A stretch of DNA of 64,000 nt from NCBI GenBank assembly GCA_965248535.1, contig CBDFJR010000002.1, forward strand, positions 1,504,001-1,568,000, given 5' to 3'. The position numbers were made by a program, and so were the translations under genes. Each line of letters opens with the position of its first letter. The stretch's first letter is position 1. Below the pieces are notes generated by a model. It was not told where the DNA came from. It made no database searches and worked only from the letters and a program-made list of their open reading frames with translations. The DNA is from Phormidesmis sp. (GTDB lineage Bacteria > Cyanobacteriota > Cyanobacteriia > Leptolyngbyales > Leptolyngbyaceae). Shown here piece after piece: positions 1-10,502 of the stretch.

Positions 1-372
1 CTTTATACGGGGACGTTTATCGCAGAAATTGTGCGCGGTGGCATTCAGTCAGTGCCCAAGGGACAGTGGGAGGCGGCGCGATCGCTGGGGCTAAAACCCA
101 CGTTAATGATGCGATTGGTGATCTTTCCTCAAGCTCTAAAAGCAATCATTCCACCGTTGTCAAATCAATATTTGAACTTAGCAAAAAATTCTAGTTTAGC
201 AGTTGCGGTTGGTTATCCTGATCTGTATGCAATTGCGTCTACAACGTTTAATCAAACGGGTCGTGCGGTCGAAGTGATGATTTTGATCTGTGCCACTTAT
301 CTCACGATCAGTCTAGTGATTTCTCTAGTGATGAATTTATATAACCGCTCTGTGCAGGTGATAGAACGATGA
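1..372 (+). CDS. natG: Polar amino-acid ABC transporter permease, 3' part (NatG/AapQ-like); begins before the window
   Basis: Frame open from base 1 (LYTGTFIAEIVRGGIQSVPKGQWEAARSLGL), EAA motif, NQYLNLAKNSSLA; overlaps next permease (ATGA). Confidence 0.8.
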   Translation, partial: LYTGTFIAEIVRGGIQSVPKGQWEAARSLGLKPTLMMRLVIFPQALKAIIPPLSNQYLNLAKNSSLAVAVGYPDLYAIASTTFNQTGRAVEVMILICATYLTISLVISLVMNLYNRSVQVIER

Positions 373-1364
373 ACTCACCTAAAAAATCCCCGATCGCTTG
401 GCTGCAAAGCAATCTTTTTAACACTTGGTATAACAGTCTGCTGACGATCGTCTGTCTCACTCTCCTGATTTGGATTTTCTATGGAGTCGTCAATTGGGCA
501 TTCACAAAAGCGCAATGGGAAGTCGTCACCTCTAATTTGCCGTTATTTTTTGTGGGGCGATATCCTGCCGATCAGGTGTGGCGATTGTGGTTAGGGTTGG
601 TGTTGATTGGGGGCACGATCGCCAATGGAATTCTTAACGCTAAACAAAGACGGTTTTTAGTGATTTTAATTCCTGTTGCTCTGTTGCTTGTCTTGTGGCT
701 GATCGGCGGTGGATTCATTCTCACTCCGATTGGTACTAATTTGTGGAATGGATTATTACTCACGTTACTAGCAGCAAGTGTCAGCATCGCGCTAGCGTTT
801 CCGTTGGGAATCTTATTAGCGTTGGGGCGACAAAGCACTCTTCCAGTTTTACGAGGGTTTTGTACCCTCTATGTTGAACTCATTCGTGGACTGCCACTGA
901 TCGGAATTTTGTTTATGGCCCAGGTAATGCTGCCTCTGGTGTTGCCGGGTCAGGTGCAACTCGATCGGGTGGTGAGAGCGATCGCGGGGTTAGTTCTTTT
1001 CAACGCTGCCTATCTCGCAGAAAATGTGCGCGGTGGGTTGCAGTCCATTCCACGGGGGCAGATCGAAGCCGCTAAAGCCTTGGGATTAAATACACCATTA
1101 TCGCTATTATTAATTGTGTTACCGCAGGCGTTGAGAACAGTGATTCCTGCGATCGTCGGTCAATTCATTTCGCTATTCAAAGATACGTCACTGCTCTCAT
1201 TGTTTGCGCTGGTTGAGTTGACGGGCATTACCCGTTCTATTTTGGCGCAACCTCAGTTTTTGGGGCGTTATGCAGAAGTCTATTTATTTATTGGGTTAAT
1301 CTATTGGGTGTTTTGTTACACCATGTCGCAACTGAGCCGTAAATTAGAGCAAAAGAATACTTAG
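369..1364 (+). CDS. natH: Polar amino-acid ABC transporter permease (NatH/AapM-like)
   Basis: Multiple TM segments, IRGLPLIGILF, EAAKALGL, FKDTSL. Confidence 0.8.
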   Translation: MNSPKKSPIAWLQSNLFNTWYNSLLTIVCLTLLIWIFYGVVNWAFTKAQWEVVTSNLPLFFVGRYPADQVWRLWLGLVLIGGTIANGILNAKQRRFLVILIPVALLLVLWLIGGGFILTPIGTNLWNGLLLTLLAASVSIALAFPLGILLALGRQSTLPVLRGFCTLYVELIRGLPLIGILFMAQVMLPLVLPGQVQLDRVVRAIAGLVLFNAAYLAENVRGGLQSIPRGQIEAAKALGLNTPLSLLLIVLPQALRTVIPAIVGQFISLFKDTSLLSLFALVELTGITRSILAQPQFLGRYAEVYLFIGLIYWVFCYTMSQLSRKLEQKNT

Positions 1365-1447
1365 GATTCTGGATAAAGCGAAAAAGCCGTCTCGATTGCC
1401 TAAGTCAGAGAATATGCTTAAACCGCGAGTTCTCGGAGTTATTTAAC

Positions 1448-1933
1448 TCAATCTTCAGAAAAGACTTGATTAAACAAAGATCGCTTGACTCTGAAGTCAA
1501 CTTCAATAATTTGTTGATAAAGATCATCCAAGCTTCTAATGTTGATTTTACCATCTTTTCTCAACTTGCTAATAATGGCTAGCGTCCCCTTGATGTTTAG
1601 ACCAAGTTTTCTGGCTTCTCTCCTAGCTGTTGAGTCATCTAGCAAAATGTAGTCTGCGGTTAGTTCAATTCCTAAAGCAATGGCTTCTGATTCTCCTTTT
1701 CCTAATCGCTGATTCAATCTACTGACAAGGGTTGTGAAGTTGGATGCCCGAACTTGAAGATTGCCGGAGTTAATCAAATCTTGGACAGTTTGGCTAGCCG
1801 GGTCTGGTTTAGCTCCAATTTCATCAGCAACAGATTGAGGAATATAGAAACTATCAGAAGATTCAACCAACTGATTTAGGTAGTTCAACTTTGACAGAAA
1901 AATCAGTGGTGAAGAATTGAAAACAATGTGCAT
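1448..1933 (-). CDS. DUF3368-family PIN-domain protein (putative toxin)
   Basis: VFNSSPLI..LGKGESEAIAL..ILLDDSTARREARKLGLNIKGTL PIN/DUF3368 pattern; downstream of a small HTH gene. Confidence 0.85.
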   Translation of the reverse strand: MHIVFNSSPLIFLSKLNYLNQLVESSDSFYIPQSVADEIGAKPDPASQTVQDLINSGNLQVRASNFTTLVSRLNQRLGKGESEAIALGIELTADYILLDDSTARREARKLGLNIKGTLAIISKLRKDGKINIRSLDDLYQQIIEVDFRVKRSLFNQVFSED

Positions 1934-1940
1934 TTATTCA

Positions 1941-2174
1941 TTAGCTTCTTTCCAAGACGACATCCTCTTCAGAGAGGTAAGAAAATTCAATTCCCATCAG
2001 GTCTAGAATTTTGAGAAGTTCTGCTGGCTCTAGCTGCATGACCTCTGCGGCTTTTTTTAGACTGATTACTCTGGCAAATAAAGCGCCGAGTAAAAAGAGA
2101 AAGTCTTCTTTTTGTTCAACGCTCTGAAATATCTGAACTTCTGAGGCGATCGATTGAGTTAGCGACCTGTTCAT
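1941..2174 (-). CDS. UPF0175-family HTH protein (putative antitoxin)
   Basis: LF...ISLKKAAEVMQL...LLKILDLMGI pattern; usual partner of DUF3368. Confidence 0.75.
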   Translation of the reverse strand: MNRSLTQSIASEVQIFQSVEQKEDFLFLLGALFARVISLKKAAEVMQLEPAELLKILDLMGIEFSYLSEEDVVLERS

Positions 2175-2346
2175 AACTCTACATACCTCGGTTCATAAAA
2201 CTGGGATTTATATAACCTAACCGGATTTATGTCCTGCCGCAAATCCTATTTTCGATTCCGTTCCAAACTTCCAGACGAAGCAGCAGAACAAGGGTATTCT
2301 TAAGGATGAACGCCCGATCGCCAAACTCTTTTCTCCCTCACTTGCT

Positions 2347-3075
2347 ATGTCAATGCTGATCGCTGAAAATGTTCACAAATGGTATGGTAAATTTCAGGTG
2401 TTGCGGGGCGTGAGTTTGACGGTCAGCCCTGGCGAAGTCGTTGTGATTATGGGCCCTTCTGGCTCTGGAAAATCCACATTTATTCGCACGTTTAACGCGC
2501 TCGAAGAGTATCAGCAAGGACGCATTATCATTGATGGCACCGAGCTATCTGACGACCTGCGAAACATTGACACCATTCGGCGAGAAGTGGGCATGGTGTT
2601 TCAGCAGTTTAATTTATTTCCCCATTTGACCGTGTTGCAAAACGTCACCCTTGCCCCAACTTGGGTGCGCAAGTGGAGTAAAGCAAAAGCCGAAGAAGTG
2701 GCTTTGCAACTACTAGAGCGAGTCGGCATTCTTGAACAGGCGCAAAAATATCCGGGTCAGCTATCGGGTGGGCAGCAGCAGCGAGTCGCGATCGCTCGTG
2801 CCCTAGCCATGCAGCCCAAAATTATGCTGTTTGATGAACCTACTTCTGCTCTCGACCCCGAAATGGTGCGCGAAGTGTTAGACGTGATGCGATCGCTGGC
2901 TGAGTCAGGCATGACCATGATTGTGGTCACTCACGAAGTCGGGTTTGCGCGAGAAGTCGCCGATCGGATCGTTCTGATGGACGAAGGTTTGTTAGTTGAA
3001 TCGGCCAGCCCAATCGAGTTTTTTCAACATCCCAAAGAAGAGCGGACTCGAAAATTTCTGGCTCAAATCCTTTGA
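2347..3075 (+). CDS. bgtA: Polar amino-acid ABC transporter ATP-binding protein (GlnQ/BgtA-like)
   Basis: Walker [29 protein letters not shown]. Confidence 0.85.
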   Translation: MSMLIAENVHKWYGKFQVLRGVSLTVSPGEVVVIMGPSGSGKSTFIRTFNALEEYQQGRIIIDGTELSDDLRNIDTIRREVGMVFQQFNLFPHLTVLQNVTLAPTWVRKWSKAKAEEVALQLLERVGILEQAQKYPGQLSGGQQQRVAIARALAMQPKIMLFDEPTSALDPEMVREVLDVMRSLAESGMTMIVVTHEVGFAREVADRIVLMDEGLLVESASPIEFFQHPKEERTRKFLAQIL

Positions 3076-3169
3076 CTACACGCAGATACGATTGTGATTT
3101 ATCACGTTTTAGTATAGGCTTTACCAGGCATTACAGAAGTTCACATTTCGTAAACTGGATTTAGATACT

Positions 3170-3793
3170 ATGAACATGAAAGCTTCCGCTCTACTGAAAA
3201 CCCTGGGATTTGCTGGCTTTTTGAGCGTAGGGGCCTTTGTGCTTCCGGCTGCGATTCAAGCGGCTGATATGCCCATGTCGGCTCCCATGACAAAGCCAAC
3301 CCTCAAGCCCGTTTCCCCTAAACCCACCTACAGCCCTCCCCCGATGTCGGCTCCGGGGTCGATGATGGGGTCTGAAAAGACGATCGTTCAAATCGCCTCT
3401 ACCAATGGGTCGTTTAAAACCCTGACGGCGGCTCTCAAGGCGGCTGGCTTGATCGAAACCTTGTCAAGCCCTGGGCCCTTCACCGTTTTTGCTCCTACGG
3501 ATGCTGCCTTTGCTGCGCTCCCTAAGGGCACCGTTGAAAAGCTTCTCAAGCCTGAAAATAAAGCAATGCTAGTCAAAATCCTAACCTACCACGTTGTTTC
3601 GGGTGAGGTGCTCTCTAGCAGCCTGAAGACCGGAAACGTCAAAACAGTTGAAGGCAGCCCAGTCATGGTTAAAGTGGGCACCCGTGGCGTAATGGTCAAC
3701 AACGCTAGAGTGCTCAAAGCGGACATCAAAGCCAGCAATGGGGTCATTCACGTCATCGATAAAGTGATCATGCCAGCCGCTAAAATTAGATAG
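3170..3793 (+). CDS. Secreted fasciclin (FAS1) domain protein
   Basis: Signal peptide, Pro-rich linker, [11 protein letters not shown] and [10 protein letters not shown] motifs. Confidence 0.95.
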   Translation: MNMKASALLKTLGFAGFLSVGAFVLPAAIQAADMPMSAPMTKPTLKPVSPKPTYSPPPMSAPGSMMGSEKTIVQIASTNGSFKTLTAALKAAGLIETLSSPGPFTVFAPTDAAFAALPKGTVEKLLKPENKAMLVKILTYHVVSGEVLSSSLKTGNVKTVEGSPVMVKVGTRGVMVNNARVLKADIKASNGVIHVIDKVIMPAAKIR

Positions 3794-3811
3794 TCTTCCG
3801 TAAAACCTCAA

Positions 3812-3850
3812 TCGCCCGTAGAGACGCTAGATGAAACGTTCCTGCGGGCG
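3812..3850. repeat. Hairpin / REP-like palindrome between convergent genes
   Basis: CGCCCGTAG...CTGCGGGCG arms (one G-T pair) enclosing GAGACG..AACGTTCC. Confidence 0.5.
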
Positions 3851-3877
3851 ATCGCTATAATCTGCCAGAATCAGACA

Positions 3878-4018
3878 TTAGCCTTGAGTGCGACGAACAT
3901 GATCCATAATGCGCTGTTTGCGCTCTAGCGATCGGGCAGGCAAAGGCTTGCTAAAGTCTCCAACACTGCGGGAGATATGCTCCATGATTCTTTTCTTACG
4001 ATCGTCTGCGTTAGCCAT
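3878..4018 (-). CDS. Unannotated 46-aa small protein with duplicated RK.RIM.H motif
   Basis: ATG 4018 to TAA: MANADDRKKRIMEHISRSVGDFSKPLPARSLERKQRIMDHVRRTQG; the protein-level internal repeat argues for coding. Confidence 0.7.
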   Translation of the reverse strand: MANADDRKKRIMEHISRSVGDFSKPLPARSLERKQRIMDHVRRTQG

Positions 4019-4117
4019 AGTGAACCTGAATCAAGCGAAGTATTTGTACTAGCTCAATTCTAGGGTGATTCCCTCGTTAGGGTGGCTCTGAGACCGCCAG
4101 AATTCAGCAGCTTGTCG

Positions 4118-5167
4118 TTATCTAAACGGCGGTGACAGCAGAAACCCACCTTTGGTGGAGAGATTATTTTGTCCGCGAGGCAGATTGAGCTTGGTTTTAG
4201 CACCGAGATTGCGATCGTAGATCTCGCCATAGTTGCCCACTTTCTGAATAATTCGCGCCGCAAAGTCGTTAGAGACTCCCATGCCTTTGCCCAAGTCGCC
4301 TTCTGCACCCAAAAATCGCTTCACCGTCGGATCGGGGCTGCTTACCTGCTGAGTTACATTTTGCGAAGTCACGCCCAACTCTTCAGCTTTGATCAGGGTA
4401 AACACCGTCCATCTCACCAGATTGCTCCAAGCTGCGTCCCCCTCGGCAACGGCTGGGGCTAGCGGCTCTTCAGACAAGGGTTCTTCTAAAATGACGTGAT
4501 CATCGGGTTGGGGCAGCGTTGTGCGTCGAGACACTAGCTGAGAGCGATCGGCGGTGACTCCTTCACAGCGCCCCTGGGCATACGTTCCAAAAGTGGTGTT
4601 GACATCCTCAAACACAACCGGGGTATAGGGAAGGCTGCGTTTCCGCATCTGATCGGTCAGGTTTTGCTCAGTGGTGGTGCCCGTCTGAATGCAGATCGAT
4701 TTGCCCTTGAGATCGGCTAGGGTTTTGATGCCGCTTGCCTTTCGCACCATAATGCCCTGACCGTCATAAAAGACGACGGGGGCAAATTCTAACCCGACGG
4801 AGGTGTCTCGGCTCATCGTCCACGTTGTGTTGCGGCTGAGAATATCGACTTCGCCCGTTTGCACGGCGGTGAAACGCTCTTTGGCGTTGAGGTTGCGATA
4901 TTCGACCGCATCAGCGTTGTTGAAAAGGGCAGCGGCGATCGCGCGACATACGTCTACGTCTAGCCCCGAATATTTGCCATCTTTGCCGACAAAACTAAAT
5001 CCAGGAAGTTCTCCACTGACCCCACACAGGAGTTTTCCTCGACTGAGAACGGTGGCTAGCCGTCCTTTGGGCGCGGTGGTGCCTGTGCTTTGACCTGTGG
5101 GCGTGTCACTGCAAGCCGCCAACGATAAACCTAGCAAAGCGATGAGCAACCGGGAACGCATTTGCAT
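4118..5167 (-). CDS. natF: Amino-acid ABC transporter substrate-binding lipoprotein (NatF/AapJ-like)
   Basis: Lipobox LAAC; LPGFS, RNTTWTMSRD, GNYGEIYDRNLG; start placed at MQMRSRLL. Confidence 0.85.
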   Translation of the reverse strand: MQMRSRLLIALLGLSLAACSDTPTGQSTGTTAPKGRLATVLSRGKLLCGVSGELPGFSFVGKDGKYSGLDVDVCRAIAAALFNNADAVEYRNLNAKERFTAVQTGEVDILSRNTTWTMSRDTSVGLEFAPVVFYDGQGIMVRKASGIKTLADLKGKSICIQTGTTTEQNLTDQMRKRSLPYTPVVFEDVNTTFGTYAQGRCEGVTADRSQLVSRRTTLPQPDDHVILEEPLSEEPLAPAVAEGDAAWSNLVRWTVFTLIKAEELGVTSQNVTQQVSSPDPTVKRFLGAEGDLGKGMGVSNDFAARIIQKVGNYGEIYDRNLGAKTKLNLPRGQNNLSTKGGFLLSPPFR

Positions 5168-5236
5168 GATAGTAGGAGGGTTTGGGGAGACAATTAGCGG
5201 AGCCATTGTAGTCCTTTCTCAGGGCTTGTGGTGGGT

Positions 5237-6199
5237 TTAGCGCGATCGGCTCGTTTCTGGCTGACGCTCAAAGCCTGCGACTTCGCCCAGGGTATAGAGC
5301 GGACGATTTTTTACCTCTTCATAAATTCGCCCGATGTATTCTCCCAGAATGCCAATGCTGACTAGCTGCACGGCTCCTAAAAAGAAAATCGCGACAATGA
5401 TCGTGGCCAACCCGGTTAGGGGTGAATGGGGCACAAAAATTCGCCAATAGAGCACCAAGACTGCCATCGCCATCGCCACCACGGCTGAGAACAGTCCAAC
5501 ATAGGTCGAGATCCGAAGCGGCACTTTAGAAAACGAGACTAACCCATTTACGGCTAGCGCAAAGGATTTGCTGAACGTGTATTTGACCTCACCCGCAAAT
5601 CGCGGATCGCGATCGAACTTCACCGAGGTTTGCGAAAACCCGACCCACGATCGTAGCCCTCGCAGATAGCGATTTCGTTCTGGCATGGCGTTGAGCAGGT
5701 TGACGACTTGGCGATCGAGCAAACAAAAATCACCCGTGTCGGTGGGGATATCTACATCTGCCAGGTTCTTTAACAATCGGTAAAACACATAGGCGGTCAA
5801 GCGCTTAAACCAGCCTTCTCGCAGGCGCTGAATGCGTTGGGCATAGACCACCTGATAGCCCTGCTGCCACTGTTCCACCATTTGAGGAATCAGTTCTGGG
5901 GGGTCTTGCAGATCGGCATCTAAAATCACAATCACTTGACCTCGTGCGAAGTTTAGCCCTGCCGTCACCGCAATTTGATGACCAAAATTGCGAGCTAAAC
6001 TCAGATAACAAACCCGTGAATCTTGCAGATGTAGCTCACGAATCAGGGGCAGCGATCGGTCTCGACTCCCATCGTTGATCAGCACTAATTCGGCCGCGGC
6101 ATCCAATCGATCCATTACAGAACTGACTCGATGATATAGCTCGTGGATCGTGGCTTCTTCGTTATAGATAGGGATGATCAGCGAGTAGGTTGGCAACAT
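5237..6199 (-). CDS. Glycosyltransferase family 2 (polyprenol-phosphate glycosyltransferase, GtrB-like)
   Basis: [27 protein letters not shown], two C-terminal TMs, [12 protein letters not shown]. Confidence 0.92.
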   Translation of the reverse strand: MLPTYSLIIPIYNEEATIHELYHRVSSVMDRLDAAAELVLINDGSRDRSLPLIRELHLQDSRVCYLSLARNFGHQIAVTAGLNFARGQVIVILDADLQDPPELIPQMVEQWQQGYQVVYAQRIQRLREGWFKRLTAYVFYRLLKNLADVDIPTDTGDFCLLDRQVVNLLNAMPERNRYLRGLRSWVGFSQTSVKFDRDPRFAGEVKYTFSKSFALAVNGLVSFSKVPLRISTYVGLFSAVVAMAMAVLVLYWRIFVPHSPLTGLATIIVAIFFLGAVQLVSIGILGEYIGRIYEEVKNRPLYTLGEVAGFERQPETSRSR

Positions 6200-6267
6200 A
6201 TTAGGTGCACCACAGTGAGACAAAAAGCAGCGATCGCGAGAGATGTCACCCCTTAACGATCGTCAAA

Positions 6268-6300
6268 AGATCTCCGAATTCTTCAAGAATTCGGAGATCT
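6268..6300. repeat. Perfect 16-bp inverted repeat (cyanobacterial dispersed palindrome)
   Basis: AGATCTCCGAATTCTT-C-AAGAATTCGGAGATCT. Confidence 0.85.
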
Positions 6301-6309
6301 GTTATTAGG

Positions 6310-8538
6310 TTATTGGGTCAATGCTAGGGCCCGTTTTGCCAAGGCCTCGGCCGTGATGCCGTTGACGGCCATCAGTTCACCCGCGCTGGCCGTGGTTTCG
6401 CCCCGCTTCCAGCAGAAGGTATCTCGCTTGGCCGTGCTTCGCAGCATGATCGGCTCCAGCATTCCCCCGGCTCCGCCTGTCACCCCGATCAGCACGTCGC
6501 CGCCAAACATCGCTTCAAACTTGGCATCGTCTAGAAACTCACCGTCTGGCTCTGAGCAAAGATCCCAGGCGACATCGTGCGATCGATAGAGCCGACGCGG
6601 ATTGACCACTGACACGACTCGCACCGATAGCCCCGCAGCTTCGAGATGGGTGGCCGCTTCGAGCACCGGAATCAAAATCATGTCACCGACGACAGCAAAC
6701 ACCACTGTTTTAGCCGCCGCACTCTCTGCGCTGGGCATTTCTTTGAGCACGATCGCGCCCTCTTTTAAAGCCTGACGGGTTTGCTCAAGGGTCGTGTGAA
6801 TCGGAAGCGGCGACTTGCTTGACGTAATCACAATGCCCTTATTTTTGGTCGTCAGCCCCCACTCATAGCAAGCCTGAATGCTATTCGCATCGGGCGGAAA
6901 TAAAGGAAAGACGTTGCCATTTCGCATCATGGCGGCAAAGTAGGCTTCGATTTCAGGCCGCTGGTGAGTCCAGCCGTTGCGTCCCTGTTCTAATGCCCCG
7001 GCGGTAAACAGCGTCATCGTCGATGGAGTCGGGCGGCGTAACTCTGCCATGGCTTGGGTGACGGTTTGCCAAATCGGTAAGCCGTTGATCGCAAAGGATT
7101 CATAAGAGCACCAGAGCGATCGTGACCCCATCAGCGCCAAACCTGCCGCTAACCCTGCACAGGCATCTTCGCTCAATGGCTCATAGACCTGCCCTTTAGG
7201 AGCTTGATAATAGAGCGTGTCTTCAACCGGGTGAATGATTCGCAGGGCCTGGTTAATGTTGGCGATTCCAGAGGCTTCGTTGCCGTCTGCATTGGTGACG
7301 ACAAAGGCCCGATCGCTCGTACCCACATAGCCGACCAGTTTGCCCATTGCGGTGGTCGAGACTTTAGGATCGCCGCCCACGGTGAATTCTTCGAGGGGCA
7401 ACTGACCTAGATCGGGCAAAGGCAAAACTGATTCGGTCACGGCCGTTTTGCTAGCCGGGCCGCCACCTGCCCTTTCGCAGTTGGTTCGCACCAGTTCCCA
7501 CGCGGCGGGAGTTAGAGCACGAGCTTTGAGCGTAGCGATCACATCGGCATTATCTAAGGTGTGTTGAGCATAGAGGTTGTGAGATTTTGCGCCTCTGGCG
7601 TGCATTCCGGCCCCTTTAAGCTGCTTGATGATGAAGACCGTCAGCTTGCCGCCCAAGGCAGAACGGGCCGCGCCATCCATCGCCTTTAACCCCGCTCCCG
7701 TAAATTTCAGCCGTTGCTCTAACGAGAATGCCGTGCTGTCTACATAATCTCCGGGCTGATTTTGGTCGTCAAAGTCTTTGGCATCGACCATGACCACTTC
7801 TTCAAAGCCGTTGCCCTTCCAGTAGGCGATCATTTCGGCGTTGGTTTTGGTTGACACCATGCTGTGATGCTCTTGTGAAAAGCCGTTCCACACCAGCACG
7901 GGCAAAAAGTTGGTCACCTCTGGGTAAGCCGTGTGGAAGTGGGCGATCGCGCTCACGATATACGGCTCTCCTAACCCGCCATCGCCAACGGTGAAGGGGA
8001 ATAGTTTGTCGCGGTGCAGGGTGGCGGCGGCCATCGCGAAGTGTTGCCCCTGACCCAAGGGCCCCGCCGGAGCCAAAATTCCTGGAATAAAGCCAGACAG
8101 ATGTCCGAGTAACCCGTGTTTTTCGCGGAAGCGATCGCGCAACTGCTGCACGGTTTGAATGCCCATATCTTCGAGCGATCGGTCTAAAAACATGGCGCTA
8201 TAAAAACCGGGCGCGTGGTGTCCCACTTCGGTCAAAATATTTTTGTGACCCAACATCACCAGCGCGGCATAGGCTTCGGCTTGACTAGCAAACCCGCCGG
8301 GGTGCCCAGAGGCTTTACTCGCGGTCACTTGCAGGATCAAATAGCGCAGCGCATCCGCCGTGAGAAGGGTTTGATAGGCCGCCGTCACATCGTTGGGGTC
8401 AGCGATCGCGGTTTTGTCGGGCGCGATCGCAGGGGTTTGCCCATAGTGATCAAAACCGGGAAGCGAGTCACCAAAGTATTGAATGCCTTCACAGAAAGCA
8501 GGGGCGGCGGAGGGGGGATGGGGGGTTACTGCGGTCAT
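6310..8538 (-). CDS. Phosphoketolase / transketolase-like TPP enzyme
   Basis: SGHPGG, EVGHHAPG, TPP motif GDGGLGE, EPLSEDAC, EQGRNGWTHQRPE. Confidence 0.85.
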   Translation of the reverse strand: MTAVTPHPPSAAPAFCEGIQYFGDSLPGFDHYGQTPAIAPDKTAIADPNDVTAAYQTLLTADALRYLILQVTASKASGHPGGFASQAEAYAALVMLGHKNILTEVGHHAPGFYSAMFLDRSLEDMGIQTVQQLRDRFREKHGLLGHLSGFIPGILAPAGPLGQGQHFAMAAATLHRDKLFPFTVGDGGLGEPYIVSAIAHFHTAYPEVTNFLPVLVWNGFSQEHHSMVSTKTNAEMIAYWKGNGFEEVVMVDAKDFDDQNQPGDYVDSTAFSLEQRLKFTGAGLKAMDGAARSALGGKLTVFIIKQLKGAGMHARGAKSHNLYAQHTLDNADVIATLKARALTPAAWELVRTNCERAGGGPASKTAVTESVLPLPDLGQLPLEEFTVGGDPKVSTTAMGKLVGYVGTSDRAFVVTNADGNEASGIANINQALRIIHPVEDTLYYQAPKGQVYEPLSEDACAGLAAGLALMGSRSLWCSYESFAINGLPIWQTVTQAMAELRRPTPSTMTLFTAGALEQGRNGWTHQRPEIEAYFAAMMRNGNVFPLFPPDANSIQACYEWGLTTKNKGIVITSSKSPLPIHTTLEQTRQALKEGAIVLKEMPSAESAAAKTVVFAVVGDMILIPVLEAATHLEAAGLSVRVVSVVNPRRLYRSHDVAWDLCSEPDGEFLDDAKFEAMFGGDVLIGVTGGAGGMLEPIMLRSTAKRDTFCWKRGETTASAGELMAVNGITAEALAKRALALTQ

Positions 8539-8766
8539 GCTGATGATTCCTACTGCGATGAGCGAGTGCTTAAACTCTTACCCATAGTACACAGCCGCCT
8601 GTGCAAAACGAAAATGAACTGCTTATGACAGCGATTAATGAGATAAAATCTCCTCTCTGCAAAATTTAATCAATCGATCAAATACTGCTAATTTGATGAG
8701 AGCTAATGAGCATCAGAGATCTAAAAAGCGGAGAATAGTTCAACCCGTTCAGCGATCGGTTCCCCT

Positions 8767-9966
8767 ATGAATCTGAGCTTTTGCATCATTGTTAAAAATG
8801 AAGAGGCAGCGTTGCCCCAATGTCTCGCCAGCGTGCGCGATGTCGTGGATGAAATCGTCGTTTTGGATACGGGATCGACGGATGGCACGATCGCGATCGC
8901 TCATTCTTTTAACGCTCGCGTCCACTCGTTTGACTGGTGTAATGATTTCTCAGCCGCCCGCAATGAATCGCTTAAATATGTCCGGGGTGACTGGGTTTTG
9001 GTGTTAGATGCCGACGAGGTGTTAGTGCCCGAAATCGTTCCGGCGCTGCGGCAAGCCATTCGCAGTCCGCGTCATCTTTTGATCAGTTTGGTGCGTCGAG
9101 AAATGGGGGCTGCTCAGTCACCTTACTCAATGGTGTCGCGGTTGTTTCGTCGCCATGCAGAGATTCAGTTTACTCGCCCCTATCACGCGATGGTAGACGA
9201 CAGCGTTGAGGCCCTTTTGCGGCGCGAACCCGATTGGCAGATTGGATGTTTGCCCGATGTGGCGATTTTGCACGACGGCTATCAGGCAAGCACGATCGCG
9301 GCCCGTGATAAATTCACCAAAGCTCGCACGATTATGGAAGGCTTTTTGGCAAATCATCCCGCCGATCCCTATGTGTGCAGCAAGCTAGGCGCACTGTATG
9401 TTGAAATGGGAGCGATAACGCGAGGATTACGATTATTAGAATGGGGACTGCAATCAATTCAACGTCAGTCTCAGATCGATGCTCCGACTCTTTATGAATT
9501 GCATTATCACCTGGGTTGTGTTTACGCCGAACAAAATTCACTTCAGGCAGAACATCACTATCAAGCCGCGCTCCAGCAAGCGATTTTTCCTAAACTTAAA
9601 CTAGGTGCCATCAACAACTGGGGAAATTTGCTCAAAGAAAAAGGCGATCTAGCCGGGGCAAAAACCCTGTATGAGCAAGCGTTAGACATCGATCCGACGT
9701 TGGCGATCGCGCACAACAATCTTGGCATCACTTTAAAAGCTTTGGGACAAATTGGAGACGCGATCGCGCACTACAAAACCGCTATTGAACTGCAACCCGA
9801 CTACGCCGAAGCGCATCAAAACCTAGGAGTTGTTCTCTTAAAAACGGGTCAGGTTGAAGAGAGTTTGGCGGCGTTTAGAGACGCGATCGCGCTGCATGAA
9901 CAAGCAGGATCACCCGAAGGCGATCGCCTCCGCCAAGGACTCAGAGACATGGGATTTGTGACATGA
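8767..9966 (+). CDS. GT2 glycosyltransferase with C-terminal TPR repeats
   Basis: IVKNEE, DTGSTDGT, DFSAARN, LDADE; TPR consensus AHNNLG..LG..A. Confidence 0.92.
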   Translation: MNLSFCIIVKNEEAALPQCLASVRDVVDEIVVLDTGSTDGTIAIAHSFNARVHSFDWCNDFSAARNESLKYVRGDWVLVLDADEVLVPEIVPALRQAIRSPRHLLISLVRREMGAAQSPYSMVSRLFRRHAEIQFTRPYHAMVDDSVEALLRREPDWQIGCLPDVAILHDGYQASTIAARDKFTKARTIMEGFLANHPADPYVCSKLGALYVEMGAITRGLRLLEWGLQSIQRQSQIDAPTLYELHYHLGCVYAEQNSLQAEHHYQAALQQAIFPKLKLGAINNWGNLLKEKGDLAGAKTLYEQALDIDPTLAIAHNNLGITLKALGQIGDAIAHYKTAIELQPDYAEAHQNLGVVLLKTGQVEESLAAFRDAIALHEQAGSPEGDRLRQGLRDMGFVT

Positions 9967-10014
9967 GACTTCCAATATTCCAATCCAGATCGCGCCCTGT
10001 TAGATTTTGGTAGC

Positions 10015-10434
10015 TCAAGTTTGAAGTTGCTGCATCAAACTCGCCCCATCGGAGACAGACCAATGTTCAGCAATCTTGCCATCTTGGATAAGATCGATGC
10101 GAATTGCGGCGAGCGAGATACTTTTGCCTGTTGGCGGCATTCCATAAAACGTTCCGCTATGGGTGCCTTGAGTCGTGATATAACTAACCACTCGATCGCC
10201 CTCCGCCACCTGCTGCACGATTTCAATTTTGATGTCAGAAAACGCGGAGAAATCAGCAAAAAACGCCTCGTGATAGCTCCGAAGCGCGTCAAAACCGAAA
10301 TTGTCTGTCCCCGGCATCGCATGATTGGTACAATCCTCTGTCCAGAAGTCCTTCAAAGCAGCAAGATTTCGATCTCTCCAAACCACTTGGACAAAATTCT
10401 GAATCAATTGCTTTATTTCATCTGCATCGATCAT
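10015..10434 (-). CDS. SnoaL-like ester cyclase (NTF2 fold)
   Basis: VAEGDRV..GTHSGTFYGMPPTGK..DGKIAEHW. Confidence 0.9.
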   Translation of the reverse strand: MIDADEIKQLIQNFVQVVWRDRNLAALKDFWTEDCTNHAMPGTDNFGFDALRSYHEAFFADFSAFSDIKIEIVQQVAEGDRVVSYITTQGTHSGTFYGMPPTGKSISLAAIRIDLIQDGKIAEHWSVSDGASLMQQLQT

Positions 10435-10502
10435 CCGCTTTCCTCCATCGAATAGTTCTTCATCGGACAGTATAAATCTTGGTCAATGGCTGTGAAACTC
10501 TG

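Noticed and set aside
3130..3147. HLR1/RpaB-like site upstream of fasciclin (ATTACAGA-AG-TTCACATT)
   Set aside because: Several mismatches to the consensus; cannot be separated from chance
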